A stretch of DNA of 64,000 nt from Eledone cirrhosa (Eukaryota), in NCBI GenBank assembly GCA_964016885.1, contig OZ024740.1, forward strand, positions 37,200,001-37,264,000, read 5' to 3'. The translations under genes were made by a program, and so were the position numbers. The notes beneath the pieces are model-generated. The model was not told the DNA's origin. It saw nothing but the letters and a program-made list of their open reading frames with translations, and made no database searches. Within the stretch, counting starts at the first letter, position 1. Each line of letters starts with the position of its first letter. This document shows, in pieces, positions 1 to 12,446 of the stretch.

Positions 1-616
1 TAATGTCATTGTTGTTGTTGTTGCTATCGTTATTTGTGTTAATATTAAATTTAGTTTCAGTTGTGGTGGTGGTGACGTCAGTCGTCTTTGGTGAGGAAGA
101 GTTCATTTTGCTTGATTTCATTTCGACATCACGAGTTAATTTATTTTTTTCTTCTTTTGTTTCTGTTGTCGCGGTGGTGGTGGGGGTGGTGGTTGTCGCG
201 GTGGTGGTGGTGGTGGAGGCTTTAACACCTGCAGTCATTGGTAATGGCGGGAAATGAATGTCTGCCTGAGACAAATTTAAAATATTGCTACTGCTTATAT
301 TTTTTTTTGTGTTGGCAAACGTAGTAACATTTACAATGGTGGTGTCGGTGTGAGGTGTTAATTTGTGAGGAAGGCTTTCAGCTGCTTGTTGCAGAGGTGA
401 ATTAGCCATTTTTTTCAATGAAATTTTTTGATAATAATAAAAGTTTAAATTTTGGGCACAAGGCCCCAATCTTTTTGGGTGTCCTTTTCGGAAAACAATG
501 TATGTGCGCTTATAAACAGTTAACAATAAAATTATCCATAAATGACAATTTTTAACAAACGGAAATAACAAACCTTTGCGGAGCTCACGATGATACGATT
601 TTCTACGTAGGTCGCC
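1..616 (-). mobile_element. 5' end (5' UTR and ORF1 N-terminus) of a probable Tx1/L1-type LINE, copy C, continuing beyond the window start
   Basis: ATG at 409 opens a stop-free T/N-rich frame (MANSPLQQAAESLPHK...) that runs to position 1. The ~207-nt 5' UTR starts right at the (AAT)n tract and shares layout and a hairpin with the 5' UTR of copy A. No diagnostic domain lies inside the window. Confidence 0.6.

Positions 617-673
<57 letters not shown>
617..673 (+). repeat. (AAT)19 microsatellite between Tx1 copies C and A
   Basis: Perfect AAT tandem read directly. Confidence 0.98.
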
Positions 674-920
674 TTCTTTATTAACCACAAGGGTTTACAT
701 AAAGTAAACATTAAGGACAGTGCAGGACAATACAGGACGGTACAAATGGGCATTTCTGCGTGTAAAAAACAAAAACAGAGGATGTAACAAAAAATAACAA
801 TGAAAAATTCCGCAATAGGGGGGAGACTTCGGAGGGACATTTGTGGAGAAAGCCCAGTAAAAGGCCACAATGACCCTGACCACCAAGGCAAGTGCCCTCT
901 CCCAGTTTTCCACCTTTAAT

Positions 921-3900
921 TTACAGATATATACTCAGAGTAGGCCCATTCACTCGGGCCATTCTTGCTTCTCTCACCCATCTTTCAACAAAATGCTGGG
1001 AAGAGAGCACTTCCCTCTCTACTCTGATTTTCCTTTTCAAATGAAATTTGAAAAAGTCAATCAGAGCATCACCGAAGAGGTAAGTGCTCGTCTTCAGCCC
1101 TTTCAAACGTGTCCACCATACTATCTCTTTCGCCATGGCCACCAGACAGATAAAAACTGCCTGCCCTTCCCGGCTAAAGGGGGAGGGCGGGGCAATCCTC
1201 ACGATGGACTCAGATGATAGCCGGATCCGTCCTAAACGCGACAGCAGGTGTTCGACATGAACCCACAAGTCAGCAATTTTCGGACACTGGACGAGTGCGT
1301 GCAAGACGGTTTCGTCGCCCTGCGCGCATCTCGGACATGCCCGGCTGACGGCACCTCCATGCCTGTAGAGTTTATCCCGAACTGACAAGGTTCCTCGGTA
1401 GCACTGCCAGGCCAGAGATTTCTGGAAGTTGTCCATAGGCCCTGGCCCGAAAGTTCTTCCGAAGAGATTGGCTAGTTGATTTTCGTCGACGCCTAGAGTT
1501 TCCCCCAGTACGTCGTCGCTCTTCCCCTCCACTAATCCTCTATAGAACGCCGAGGTGGAGTTTCCACCGACCAGATCGCCCAATTGGTCGAGGGCTGTGA
1601 GCGCCTGAAGACATTCCAGTCTCCAGGCGCTCCTTCTCGGTCTTCGCTTGACCCAGGACTGCAGCTCCGTCAAGGAAACGAGCTGGGGAAATACGTGTCT
1701 AGCAAACGGCGACCACACCTGATCACCGTCGAGGAAGAGGTGGAGATGTCGTAGCCTAAGCGCGTGCCTGCGCATCATCAGCCACGGCATGCCCAGCCCT
1801 CCACGTAGCGGGTGTTGACAACAGATGGACCGCCTGATCATCGGAGCGCGTCCCTTCCACAAAAAGCGAAAGAGCAAACGCTCCAGCGCAGTCAAGCGAG
1901 GCTTAGGACAAGGTACGACGGTCAGGCGTTAGCAGATGACAGACGCGATGTACGCGTTAGCCACCTCCGCTCGACCTTTCAGGGGTAGCTTCCTCTCCGC
2001 CCATTTCTGGGTGAGAGAAGCCACCCTGCTCGTCACCTCGTACCAGTTTTTGTCCGTCTGGAGGTCCGGACCGAACCAGACCCCTAGCAATTTAACCGGT
2101 CCGTCCGTCCAGCGTCCGACGACGCTGTTGGACGGCATGGATCTGCCTCTCCAGGTGCCGAGCTGCAGGCCCACTGACTTTTTCTGGTTGATCATTGCTC
2201 CTGTCACCGCTTCGTATTCTCTTAGTGTAGTGCCGATCGCCTCGATGTGTTTGGCGTTCGACACCACTACAGTGATATCGTCCGCATATGCTGACACGGA
2301 TCTTCCGCATCCTAGTTCGCGCGGGACGCCCCTCAACGTCTCCAGTTTGTGCAGTAATGGCTCGAGAGTCAATACGTACAAGAGGGACGAGAGGGGACAT
2401 CCTTGGCGGACCGAGCGCATGATGTTGAACGGTTCCGACAGGTGACCGCTCACTCTCACCACAGAGCAGATGTCGCTGTGCATGGCAGCGATCCAGCCTC
2501 TGAAGACGGGCCCAAAGCCAGCCGCCCTCAGGACTGCCGCGAGGTAACGATGGTCGACCCTATCGAAAGCTTTCGACTGATCTAAATTGATCAAGGACCC
2601 ACCCGTGCCAGGTTCCCTAGCTACCCTCTCTACGATGTATCGCATGAGGTGGAGGTTGTCGTGGATGGATCTGTCGGGAATAGCGCATGTCTGCGCCTCT
2701 CCCACCAGACCACCAACGACAAGCGCCAACCTCTTTGCTAGCACCTTGGCCAAAATCTTGAACTCTGTGTTTAGCAGAGTTATGGGCCGGAAATTATCTA
2801 TGTTATCCCCCTTGTTCGGATCCTTTCTCAGCAGTGCCACCGCTCCTCGGCTCACAGAACTGGGAAATCTCCCGTTCTGTTGCCAGTTGCAGTAGACGTC
2901 CGCCAAGAGGCCTCCGAACAAGTCTGGCATTTGTACGTAAAGTTCATAGGGCAGAGCATCCAAACCAGGCGATTTACCCCTTGTGCAGCCAGTCATTGCC
3001 TCCCTTACTTCAGCGGCTGTTATCGGCTTTTCGCAACACCTCGCCTCAGTGGCCGAGAGCCGCGGCAGTCCGTCGAGGTAGACACTAAAGTCCATCCCTC
3101 GACCCGGCCCACCATTGCCCCCGAACAGCTGAGCGAAGTGTCGCTGAAAAGCTTCACACATTTGCCTGGGATCGAGTAGCATGCGCCCGTCGTGGTCCAC
3201 CAAAGACCGGATCGTGGCTTTGTTGCCACGACGCGCCTCCGCCACTCGGGCCCATTGAACGGCTTTCCTCCCCTCGTGTCTGAGAGCACGCACCCTTGCT
3301 CTGACAACGCAGCCTTCGTGCTTTACATTGAAGAATTGGTCAAGGGCCAATTTCGCCGCAAGCACGTCGGTCGCAATGCCTTTGCTAAGCGCCTCGTCTA
3401 ATTTTCTAACTAGTTCTCCCTCTGCTCTATTTTTCTCTATTGCTAAAGCCTTACTAAACCTAATGGATTCTATTCTAATCGCTCTTTTCAGAGTAAACCA
3501 CCACTTGTTGTTGACGATGGCCCCCGTCAGCGCCCGCTTAACTAGTTCGCTAATCCGGTCTCTGTAGGCCTTGCGCGCTGGTAAGGACGCGTTTAGCTTC
3601 CAGTGGCCGGGTCCTCGTCTATGAATCCCATCTAAGTCAAGCACACAGATGACGAATTTGTGGTCCGTGTAGCTGACTATCTTGAATTGTGGACAGCCTA
3701 TGCTAGACCTATCTATTTCCCTACAAAATACTCTATCTAGATATGATCTGGATGACCCTATGCGATTTGTCCAAGTCCACATTGGCACATTCGGGAAATC
3801 CAGTCGGTACCTGTCAGACAGTTCAAAACGCCTGAGCAGGTTGGTGAGGCTCTTGCACCCTCCACCCCTATCCGCTAATCCCACACATTCCCAGCTTGCA

Positions 3901-4230
3901 TCTAAGATCCCGTTCCAGTCGCCCACTAACACTAAAGAGCGGGACGTTCCAAGAAAGGTCTCCAGACGCCGGAAGAAATCAGGCCGCTCTGCTCCTGTCG
4001 GGGCATAGACGGCCACTAACCTGAAAGCTTGCCCGTCTCCGCTGGTCACGTCCAGCACCACAAGCTTACCCTCTGGGTCCAGGAAGATGGCCCGTATGGC
4101 GAGATCCAAACCTCTCCGAAAAAGCACAGCAACTCCTCCCGCCGCTCCAGGACGGCTGGGAGATGCGTACACATCGTAGCCGCCGAAGATCGGTGCGAAG
4201 GCCCGTGCTTCGGAGATTCTCGTCTGGTGA
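921..4230 (-). pseudogene. Tx1 copy A ORF2 (AP endonuclease, reverse transcriptase, C-terminal CCHC)
   Basis: Motifs VYAP, GDWN, LDR, TDH, FRPITLLN, KAFDRV, RQGCPLS, YADD and CPRC..ETVLHALVQC. One in-frame TAA at 1929-1931 (TAC in copy B). The N-terminal NVRG..E segment is deleted. Confidence 0.93.
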
Positions 4231-6209
4231 AGGGACAGTTGAATCGTCCCTTCGGCTGGTCGTCGGCTCTTCTATGAGAATGTCTGAATATACTCTTCGA
4301 TTGATAGTTCTTCCTAGGTCCCTGAAATCACCAACTGCGTTGGGGAATTTCGTTTTAGTGTTTGTGTATTGCTTCTGTGCTATTTTTAGCAGTCTTATGT
4401 TAGTTGGCGTTTTGATTGGTGCTGGTATTATGTAGTCGTGTTGTGAAATGTCTGTGTGTTCAATTATGTAAGTCATTAGTTTCTTGTTGTATGTATTTAT
4501 TGCCGTGCATTTGTTTTTCTGGGGGTGGGGTGTGGTTCTGCTATTTTCTTGTCGTTGTTGCTGGGTGTGTGTGTTTTGTTGTTGTGTTTGCGATGTTGGT
4601 GCTTGTGGTGGTGGTGTTGAAGGTGTTGTTGGTGGTGGGCTTGTCGCCGGTGGTGATGGTGGTGCTAGTGTGGGTGGTGATGGTGTTGGTGGTGTTGCTG
4701 CTGTGGGTCTCTTTGCAGTAGACTTTACCCTTTCCTCATTTCTTTCCTCCCTTTTCAAAGGCGACGATGCGCTGCTTCTGCGTTTGTGCCTTCTTACGAC
4801 CTTTTGCCATCTCTCTCCCACCTCACACTCCATGTCTGATTCTGTGAGGTCGGGGAGGGGTACCAGCTCCACTCTTTCACTTGTTGTTGTTGGTGATGTT
4901 TGCACTGGAGTCTCTGTTGCAGCTGCATTTGGTATTGCTGTTGTTGTTGTTAATATTTCCACTGCTGCTGCTGTTTTTGATTTCCGTGGCGTGGGTATGG
5001 GTGCCACGGACCTATCGTTCCTGGTTGCCGCTTGTCCTGTTGCTGGTAGCCGTGGAGCCGGTTTCGGAAGGAGGGGGGTTTTCTCCTTTCTCAGGGTCTT
5101 CTCGTTGCAGAAGGCCCTGAGGTGAGTCTTCGATCCACAGCGAAAGCATTTCGGGCGTTTTCCCTCAACACTTATGGGCAGTTGAGTGCCGTTATCGAAG
5201 TCTATCACATCCGGGATAGCTTCGATGCACTCCTGGTTGGTTTGGATTAGCATCTCAATGGAGGTGCCGACCCAATCTTCTCTTACTTTTTTTTGTACTT
5301 GCAGTACAGTTGTTTTGTCCTCGATTCCGACGAGGACAGACGCAGCCAGCCAAGAAGGGGCCATCCCGGAGGGGACGTGGGTCAGTTTGACCCTCACAAT
5401 TTTTTGCCCGCAGTAGGAGGGCACCAACACCATTTCCTCGCTCCTTAGGGTCACTACGGATTGGGCCTTTGCCTCCTGGGGTGTGGCAAAAAGTACGTCT
5501 ACGGTGGCATATTTTTTGCCTCGGGTGATGTGCGTTTTCCGCTGCCACACAGACCCCAAGGCTTTTTGTATTTGAGCCTCTGTGGCTCTTTCCACCCTAC
5601 GGGATTTTGTACTTACTTGCAGATTGCTCGGTGTCCAATCTTTGTCACCATCTTCTTCGCTTCCTCTAATTCCTCATTTGTTATGAGGATTGTTTCCAAG
5701 TTTTTCGCAATACCTGCAAATGAGATTGGTTTTTCTCTGCTGTTGTTGTTGTCGTCAGAGCTGCTGTTACTTTTGTTGTTGCTGCAGATACTACGACTAC
5801 TGCCTCCGCCGCTGTTGCTGTGGTTGTTGTTGGTGTTGCTGCTGCTAATGCTGTTGTTGTTTATGCTGCTGGTGATGCTGTTGAGGCTGCTACTGCTGTT
5901 TTCATTGTCACTGTTGCTGTTGTTATTACGGCTGCTACTGCTATTATTCCTGACGTCAGACGAATGAACTGGGTTTTTGTATTTCCCGCACACTTGTTTC
6001 GTCGCTGTCGTCGTCGTCGTGGAGAAACCTTGCACGCTTTGCACGAGACTTTTCTTTTCTTTCGTCGCTTGCGAAAGAGAAGGGAGGGAGAGAGACACAT
6101 TTAAAGAAGGGAGGGAGAGAGACAATCTTCTCTCTGCTGTAGTGATGATTGAGGAAGAAGAAGACGGAATGAGTGGGAGTGACCTATGAAATTTCTTTTT
6201 CGTAGCCAT
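4066..6209 (-). pseudogene. Tx1 copy A ORF1 (gag-like, CCHC knuckle), split near 5613-5596
   Basis: ORFs 6209-5613 and 5595-4066. Contains CFRCGSKTHLRAFC (CX2CX4HX4C). Copy B is continuous across the break, where A lacks roughly 20 codons. Confidence 0.88.
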
Positions 6210-6446
6210 GTTGTTTTGTTTTTTTGTTTAAATTAAATATTGGGTACAAAACCCCAATAAGCAGTTATTTAACCCCGAAGGGCCAAATAACGGGCAGAAA
6301 GACCCCTCTCACGAGGAGGAGGGTGTTTTTGTCTACAAGTTCGTTAAAGTTTTCAACAATTTACAATTGTTATAGTGTTCAAAATTTACAATACCTTACA
6401 GAGCCGAGCCTCCGTCAGCCATAGCATTCAATAATAATAATAATAA

Positions 6447-8174
6447 TAAAGTCTATGACAAAACCATTAATCACTTGTTCTACATGGATGACCTGAAACT
6501 ATTTGCAAAAAATGATGAACTATTGCAAGGGCTATTATCCACTGTGGAGCAGTTCAGTGATGACATTAAAATGGAGTTTGGACTAGATAAATGCGCCAAA
6601 GCAACGTTCACCAGAGGAAAGCTGCTGAAGAGTTCAGACATTAATCCTGATCGGGGGAACGTGATAAGAGAACTTGATCAAGAAAAAACTTACAAATATC
6701 TAGGTGTTTGTGAAGGAGACGGAATCAAGCACTCGGCAATGAGGGAAAGGATAAGGAAGGAATGTTACCGCAGAGTAAGAGCAATCTTAAGAACGGAATT
6801 GAATGCAAGGAATAGAATCGATGCCATAAACACGCTTGCCATACCAGTAGTAACCTACAGTTACAATGTCATCAACTGGTCAAGCACAGAGATCCGTAGG
6901 CTCGATACAAAAATTTGAAAATTCTTAACCATGCACAGAATTCATCACCCTAAGGCAGATATAGATAGAATATATCTCCCTAGGAAAGAAGGAGGACGTG
7001 GGTTAATCCAGTTAGACATTGCGTTGAAAACTGCAACAATTGGATTATCTACATATCTAAGGGAATCACATGATTGGATGATCAAACTCGTTTTGAAACA
7101 CGAAATCATCAAAAGATCATATTCCATTACAAAAGATGCACAAAGATACAGTAATGGACTACAAATTTCAGAAGTCCCATTTACTGCTGAAATGGAAAAC
7201 ACAGAAAAAGCAAAGCAGGTAAAAGTAACTGCAAAGAAAGAACTGCTACAGAAACTGGCTAAGAAATGGCAAGAAAAGCCTCTGTATGGAAAATACCCAG
7301 AGCGAGCTAACAATCCTGATGTTGACAAAACTTTAACCCATCAGTGGTTGGCATCCTCTGGACTGAAATCGGAGACTGAAGGACTGATTATATCGGCACA
7401 AGATCAGTGTCTGCCAACAAAAAATTACCAAGCCAACATAATAAAAAATGGGTGCAGCCCATTATGCCGTGTATGCAAAAAACAACCAGAGACCATTGAC
7501 CATATAATTTCAATGTGCAGTCCTATAGCTCCAACCGAATACCTAAACAGGCATGACAGAGCTGCACAATACATACATTGGATAATGTGTAAGCATTTTA
7601 ACCTGCCCCATCAAAAGAATTGGTGGGAGCATCAACCACCTCCCATACTTGAAAAAGATCACATCTCAATCTTGTGGAACTTTAGCATCCAAACAGACCG
7701 AAAAATAGATGCAAACAGACCTGATATAATATTGAAAGACTTTCAAAAGAGGGTATGCCTGCTAATTGATATGTCTGTTCCAATAGACAAGAATGTATCT
7801 ATAAAAACATTTGAAAAATTGAGCAAGTATAAGGACCTGGAGATAGAAATTGGAAAAATGTGGAAATTGAGAACTAAAACAATACCGGTGGTTGTAGGCG
7901 CTCTGGGAATGATACCTAAGGGGTCTAATGATTACTTATCGCAAATCCCAGGAAACCCGCGTATAGGAGAAATACAAAAGATAGTATTAATGGGAACTGC
8001 CCATATACTAAGGAAGATTCTGTCAATATAAGTACATCACAAGTCTAAACACTAAGGATGCATGTGTGAATATGTATGTTCTTTCTTGAACATGGCGGAC
8101 CTTGTTGTCTCTTGAGGTCACTGGTTGTGACTTGGTGATAACTCGTATGAACATAAAGCAAGATAAATGCAACT

Positions 8175-8175
<1 letters not shown>
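6447..8175 (+). mobile_element. 5'-truncated R4/Dong-type RLE retrotransposon, family 1 copy a
   Basis: YMDD RT motif, R.EGGRGL, CRVC...ETIDHIISMC, RHD and PD..D..K..KY restriction-like endonuclease. One stop at 6916-6918. The 3' end runs into (TAA)n. Confidence 0.92.

Positions 8176-8250
<75 letters not shown>
8176..8250 (+). repeat. (TAA)25 spacer
   Basis: Read directly. Confidence 0.97.
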
Positions 8251-8251
<1 letters not shown>

Positions 8252-9360
8252 TAGGAAGCTATTGACTATCTACAACATGTAGGAAGCTATTGACTATCTA
8301 CAACATGTTCCACAAGAGGAGTGATGTCGATAGACTCTACCTAAGGAGATCTGAGGGTGGAAGAGGTCTTATCAGCATAGAGGACTGTGTTCAGATGGAG
8401 AAAAACAACCTATACAAATACGTGACCTATAGTAAGGAGCCAATGCTCAGAGCTGTACTGAAGGAGGGGAGAGTAGGCCAGGGGATACCCAAGGAGGAAA
8501 TAACATCAAGGAGGAAGAGCAGCCTTAAGGGAAAATCCCTTCATAGTACCTTCTTTGAGAAAACTGAATTTAGAGATCCACAGACATGGAACTGGTTGAG
8601 AAGAGGAGACCTCAAAAAGGCTACAGAAGGAATGCTAATGGCTGCGCAGGAGCAGGCCCTCAAAACGAAGTGGTTGAAGCACCATATCTACAAGGAGGAG
8701 GCTAGCCCACTGTGCAGGATCTGTGGAGAGAGAGAGGAGACTGTGGCTCACATTGTGTCCGAGTGTAAACACCTAGCCCAGACCCACTATAAGGGCTGGA
8801 GACACGATGTGATGGGCAGGGTGATCCACTGGCACCTGTGCAAAGTAAACAATCTACCACATTCTGAGAAATGGTATGAGCATAGGCCAGAGGCGGTGAT
8901 GGAGAACAGTCAGGTGAAGGTGCTGTGGGATTTTAGGATACAGACGGACAAAAAACTGGAACACAATAGACCTGACCTGGTGGTTGTGGACAAAGAAAAA
9001 AGATCGTGCCTGATTGTGGATGTGGCCTGCCCGTTCGACACGAGAGTGCAAGAGAAGGAGAGGGAGAAAATTAACCGATACCAGGACCTAAAGTGGGAGG
9101 TGAAAAGGATTTGGAACTGCCATGAAGTCAAAGTGATCCCGATTGTCATAGGCGCACTGGGGACTATCTCCAAAGGTTTCCAGGGATGGTTAAAGAAAAT
9201 CGGCCCCTTCACGCTTTTTGGAACGCTTCAAAAGGCATGCTTGCTTGGAACGGCAAGAACCCTCCGATACGTCCTGAATATCTGAGGCTGCAGGTAGTGG
9301 CTTGATATTCAATCCAACGGACTTTCCAGTTAACCAACATCAATGACTGAGATTCAAGGA
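8252..9360 (+). mobile_element. 5'-truncated R4/Dong-type element, family 2 (intact C-terminal ORF 8290-9285)
   Basis: EGGRGL, CRIC..ETVAHIVSEC, RHD, RPD..DVA, KINRYQDL. Has a 28-bp tandem duplication at the 5' junction and an AAC/AAT tail. Confidence 0.92.
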
Positions 9361-9371
9361 ATAACAATAAC

Positions 9372-9399
<28 letters not shown>

Positions 9400-9403
<4 letters not shown>

Positions 9404-11426
9404 TAATAATACTGGAAGATTGTCATAATAGCCACAAAAATCTATCAATTGCTTGGATAGATTACAAAAAAGCATTCGATAGTTTGCCACACAGTTGGAT
9501 TGAAAAATGTTTAGAGATTTTCAAAATATCTCCCGTTGTCAGAAGGTTCCTGTCATTCAGTAGTGAAAAAAAATCACTGGAAGCTGGAGAAGTTAATATT
9601 AATTGTGGAATTTTTCAGGGTGACTCTTTATCAGCGCTTTTATTCTGCATCGCACTTATACCATTAAGTAAAATGCTCAATGAAACAAAACATGGATATA
9701 AAGTCTATGACAAAACCATTAATCACTTGTTCTACATGGATGACCTGAAACTATTTGCAAAAAATGATGAACAATTGCAAGGGCTATTATCCACTGTGGA
9801 GCAGTTCAGTGATGACATTAAGATGGAGTTTGGACTAGATAAATGCGCCAAAGCAACGTTCACCAGAGGAAAGTTGCTGAAAGGTTCATACATTAATCTT
9901 GATCAGGGGAATGTGATAAGAGAACTTGATCAAGAGGAAACTTACAAATATCTAGGTGTTTGTGAAGGAGACGGAATCAAGCACTCGACAATGAGGGAAA
10001 GGATAAGGAAGGAATGTTACCGCAGAGTAAGAACAATCTTAAGAACTGAATTGAATGCAAGGAATAGGATTGATGCCATAAACACGCTTGCCATACCAGT
10101 AGTAACCTACAGTTACAATGTCATCAACTGATCAAGCACAGAGATCCGTAGGCTCGATACAAAAATTAGAAAATTCTTAACCATGCACAGAATGCATCAC
10201 CCTAAGGCAGATACAGATAGAATATATCTCCCTAGGAAAGAAGGGGGACGTGGGTTAATCCAGTTAGATATTGCGTTGAAAACTGCAACAATTGGATTAT
10301 CTACATATCTAAGGGAATCACATGATTGGATGATCAATCTCGTTTTGAAACACGAAAGCATCAAAAGATCATATTCCATTACAAAAGATGCACAAAGATA
10401 CAGTAATGGACTACACATTTCAGAAGTTCCATTTACTGCTGAAATGAAAAACACAGAAAAAGCAAAGCAGGTAAAAGTAACTGCAAAGAAAGAACTGCTA
10501 CAGAAACTGGCTAAGAAATGGCAAGAAAAGCCTCTGCATGGAAAATACCCAGAAACAGCTAACAATCCTGATGTTGACAAATCTTGAACCCATCAGTGGT
10601 TGGCATCCTCTGGACTGAAATCGGAGACTGAAGGACTGATTATATCGGCACAAGATCAGTGTCTGCCAACAAAAAATTACCAAGCCAACATAATAAAAAA
10701 TGGATGCAACCCATTATGCCGTATATGTAAAAAAACAACCAGAGATCATTGATCATATAATTTCAATGTGCAGTCCTATAGCTCCAACCGAATACCTAAA
10801 CAGGCACGACAGAGCTGCACAATACATACATTGGATAATGTGTAAACATTTTGACCTTCCCCATCAAAAGAATTAGTGGGAGCATCAACCACCTCCCATA
10901 CTTGAAAAAGATCACATCTCAATCTTGTGGAACTTTAGCATCCAAACAGACCGAAAAATAGATGCAAATAGACCTGATATAATACTGAAGGACTTTAAAA
11001 AGAGGGTATGCCTGCTAATTGATATGTCCGTTCCAATAGACAAGAATGTATCTATAAAAACATTTGAAAAATTGAGCAAGTATAAGGACCTGGAGATAGA
11101 AATTGGAAAAATGTGGAAATTGAGAACTAAAATACCAGTGGTTGTAGGCGCTCTAGGAATGATACCTAAGGGGTCTAATGATTACTTATCGCAAATCCCA
11201 GGAAACCCGCGTATAGGAGAAATACAAAAGATAGTACTAATGGGAACTGCCCATATACTATGGAAGATTCTGTCAATATAAGTACATCACAAGTCTAAAC
11301 ACCTAAAGATGCATGTGTGTGTATGTATGTTCTTTCTTGAACGTGGCGGACCTTGTTGCTTCTTGAGGTCACTGGTTGTGACTTGGTGATAACTCGTATG
11401 AATATAAAGCAAGATAAATGCAACTG
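9400..11426 (+). mobile_element. 5'-truncated R4/Dong-type element, family 1 copy b (stops and frameshift)
   Basis: DYKKAFDS, FQGDSLS, YMDD. Near-identical to 6447-8175, including the 3' UTR ending GCAACTG(TAA)n. Confidence 0.93.
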
Positions 11427-11434
11427 TAATAATG

Positions 11435-11494
<60 letters not shown>
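11427..11494 (+). repeat. (TAA)n spacer
   Basis: Read directly. Confidence 0.97.
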
Positions 11495-12330
11495 GAGCAG
11501 AAACCTCTACATGGCAAATATGTGGCCCGTAGCCAACAAGCAGATGTTGACCAAAAAGACACCCATTATTGACTCGTAATTACCAGGCTAATGTGATGAG
11601 AAACGGAATAAACCCAAAGTGCCGATTCTGCAATGCTGAGGTTGAAACAGTAGATCACTTAGTCTCTGGATGTAAAGTTTTAGCACCAGTAGAATACAAA
11701 TATAGACATGACAGAGTTGGCCAATATCTACACTGGGTAATATGTCGGCATTACAAAAATCAAAGCTGAAGACAAGTGGTACAATCATCAACCTGAGGCT
11801 GTAACTGAAGGAGAAAAAGTAACAATTCTCTGGGACTTTCCTGTACATACTGACAGGACCATAAAAGCAAATATACCTGACATCATTGTAAAAGATCAAC
11901 ATAACAAGGTCTGTTTATTGATAGATATGAGCATCACATGTGATCACAATATCGCGGCAAAAGAATTTGACAAGCTCCGAAAATATAAAGATCTGCTTAT
12001 TGAAATTGAGAAAATGTGGCACCTCAAGGCCGTTACAATACCAGTGATTGTAGGAGGACTGTGAATGATCAAGAAAGGAACAGAACAGTATTTTGTTTTG
12101 ACTGGTACTGCACACGTATTGAGAAGAGCACTATCTCTGTAAGATTGATATCCCTCCTTGTATTTACATATGCATATGCACATGTATATGTATGTATACT
12201 GGGTTTTTTTTCAATTATAATAAATGTGCTGTATTAACTGGCTTACCAATGCACACTGTGAATTTATTTGCCCTTGGTGTCAGGAAGACACTCGGCATAT
12301 ATCTCGGAAACAATAATGAAAGAAAATAAA
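11495..12330 (+). mobile_element. R4/Dong-type 3' fragment, family 3 (degenerate)
   Basis: KPLHGKY, CRFC..ETVDHLVSGC, RHD, PDII..D, KYKDL; internal deletions; AAT tail. Confidence 0.85.
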
Positions 12331-12342
12331 AATAATAATAAT

Positions 12343-12436
12343 AATTGTTTCTACTTTTGGCACAAGGCCAGCAATTACCCAGTACATTACTGGTACTTTA
12401 TTTTATCGACCCCGTATGGATGAAAGGCAAAGTTAA
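12343..12436 (-). mobile_element. 3' fragment of tRNA-SINE family S1 inserted in (AAT)n
   Basis: Matches the 3' half of the full copies at 28386 and 29439; AAT repeats on both sides. Confidence 0.9.
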
Positions 12437-12446
12437 TAATAATAAT

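Larger units (their letters stand above)
674..6429 (-). mobile_element. Near full-length Tx1/L1-clade non-LTR retrotransposon, copy A (defective)
   Basis: 5' UTR, ORF1 with zinc knuckle, ORF2 with APE-RT-zf, and a 3' UTR ending ...AATAAAGAA followed by (ATT)n. Flanked on both sides by (AAT)n. Confidence 0.93.

Noticed and set aside
1936-6189. Numerous plus-strand ORFs over Tx1 copy A
   Set aside because: Antisense shadows of GC-rich or low-complexity coding sequence, with no motifs.
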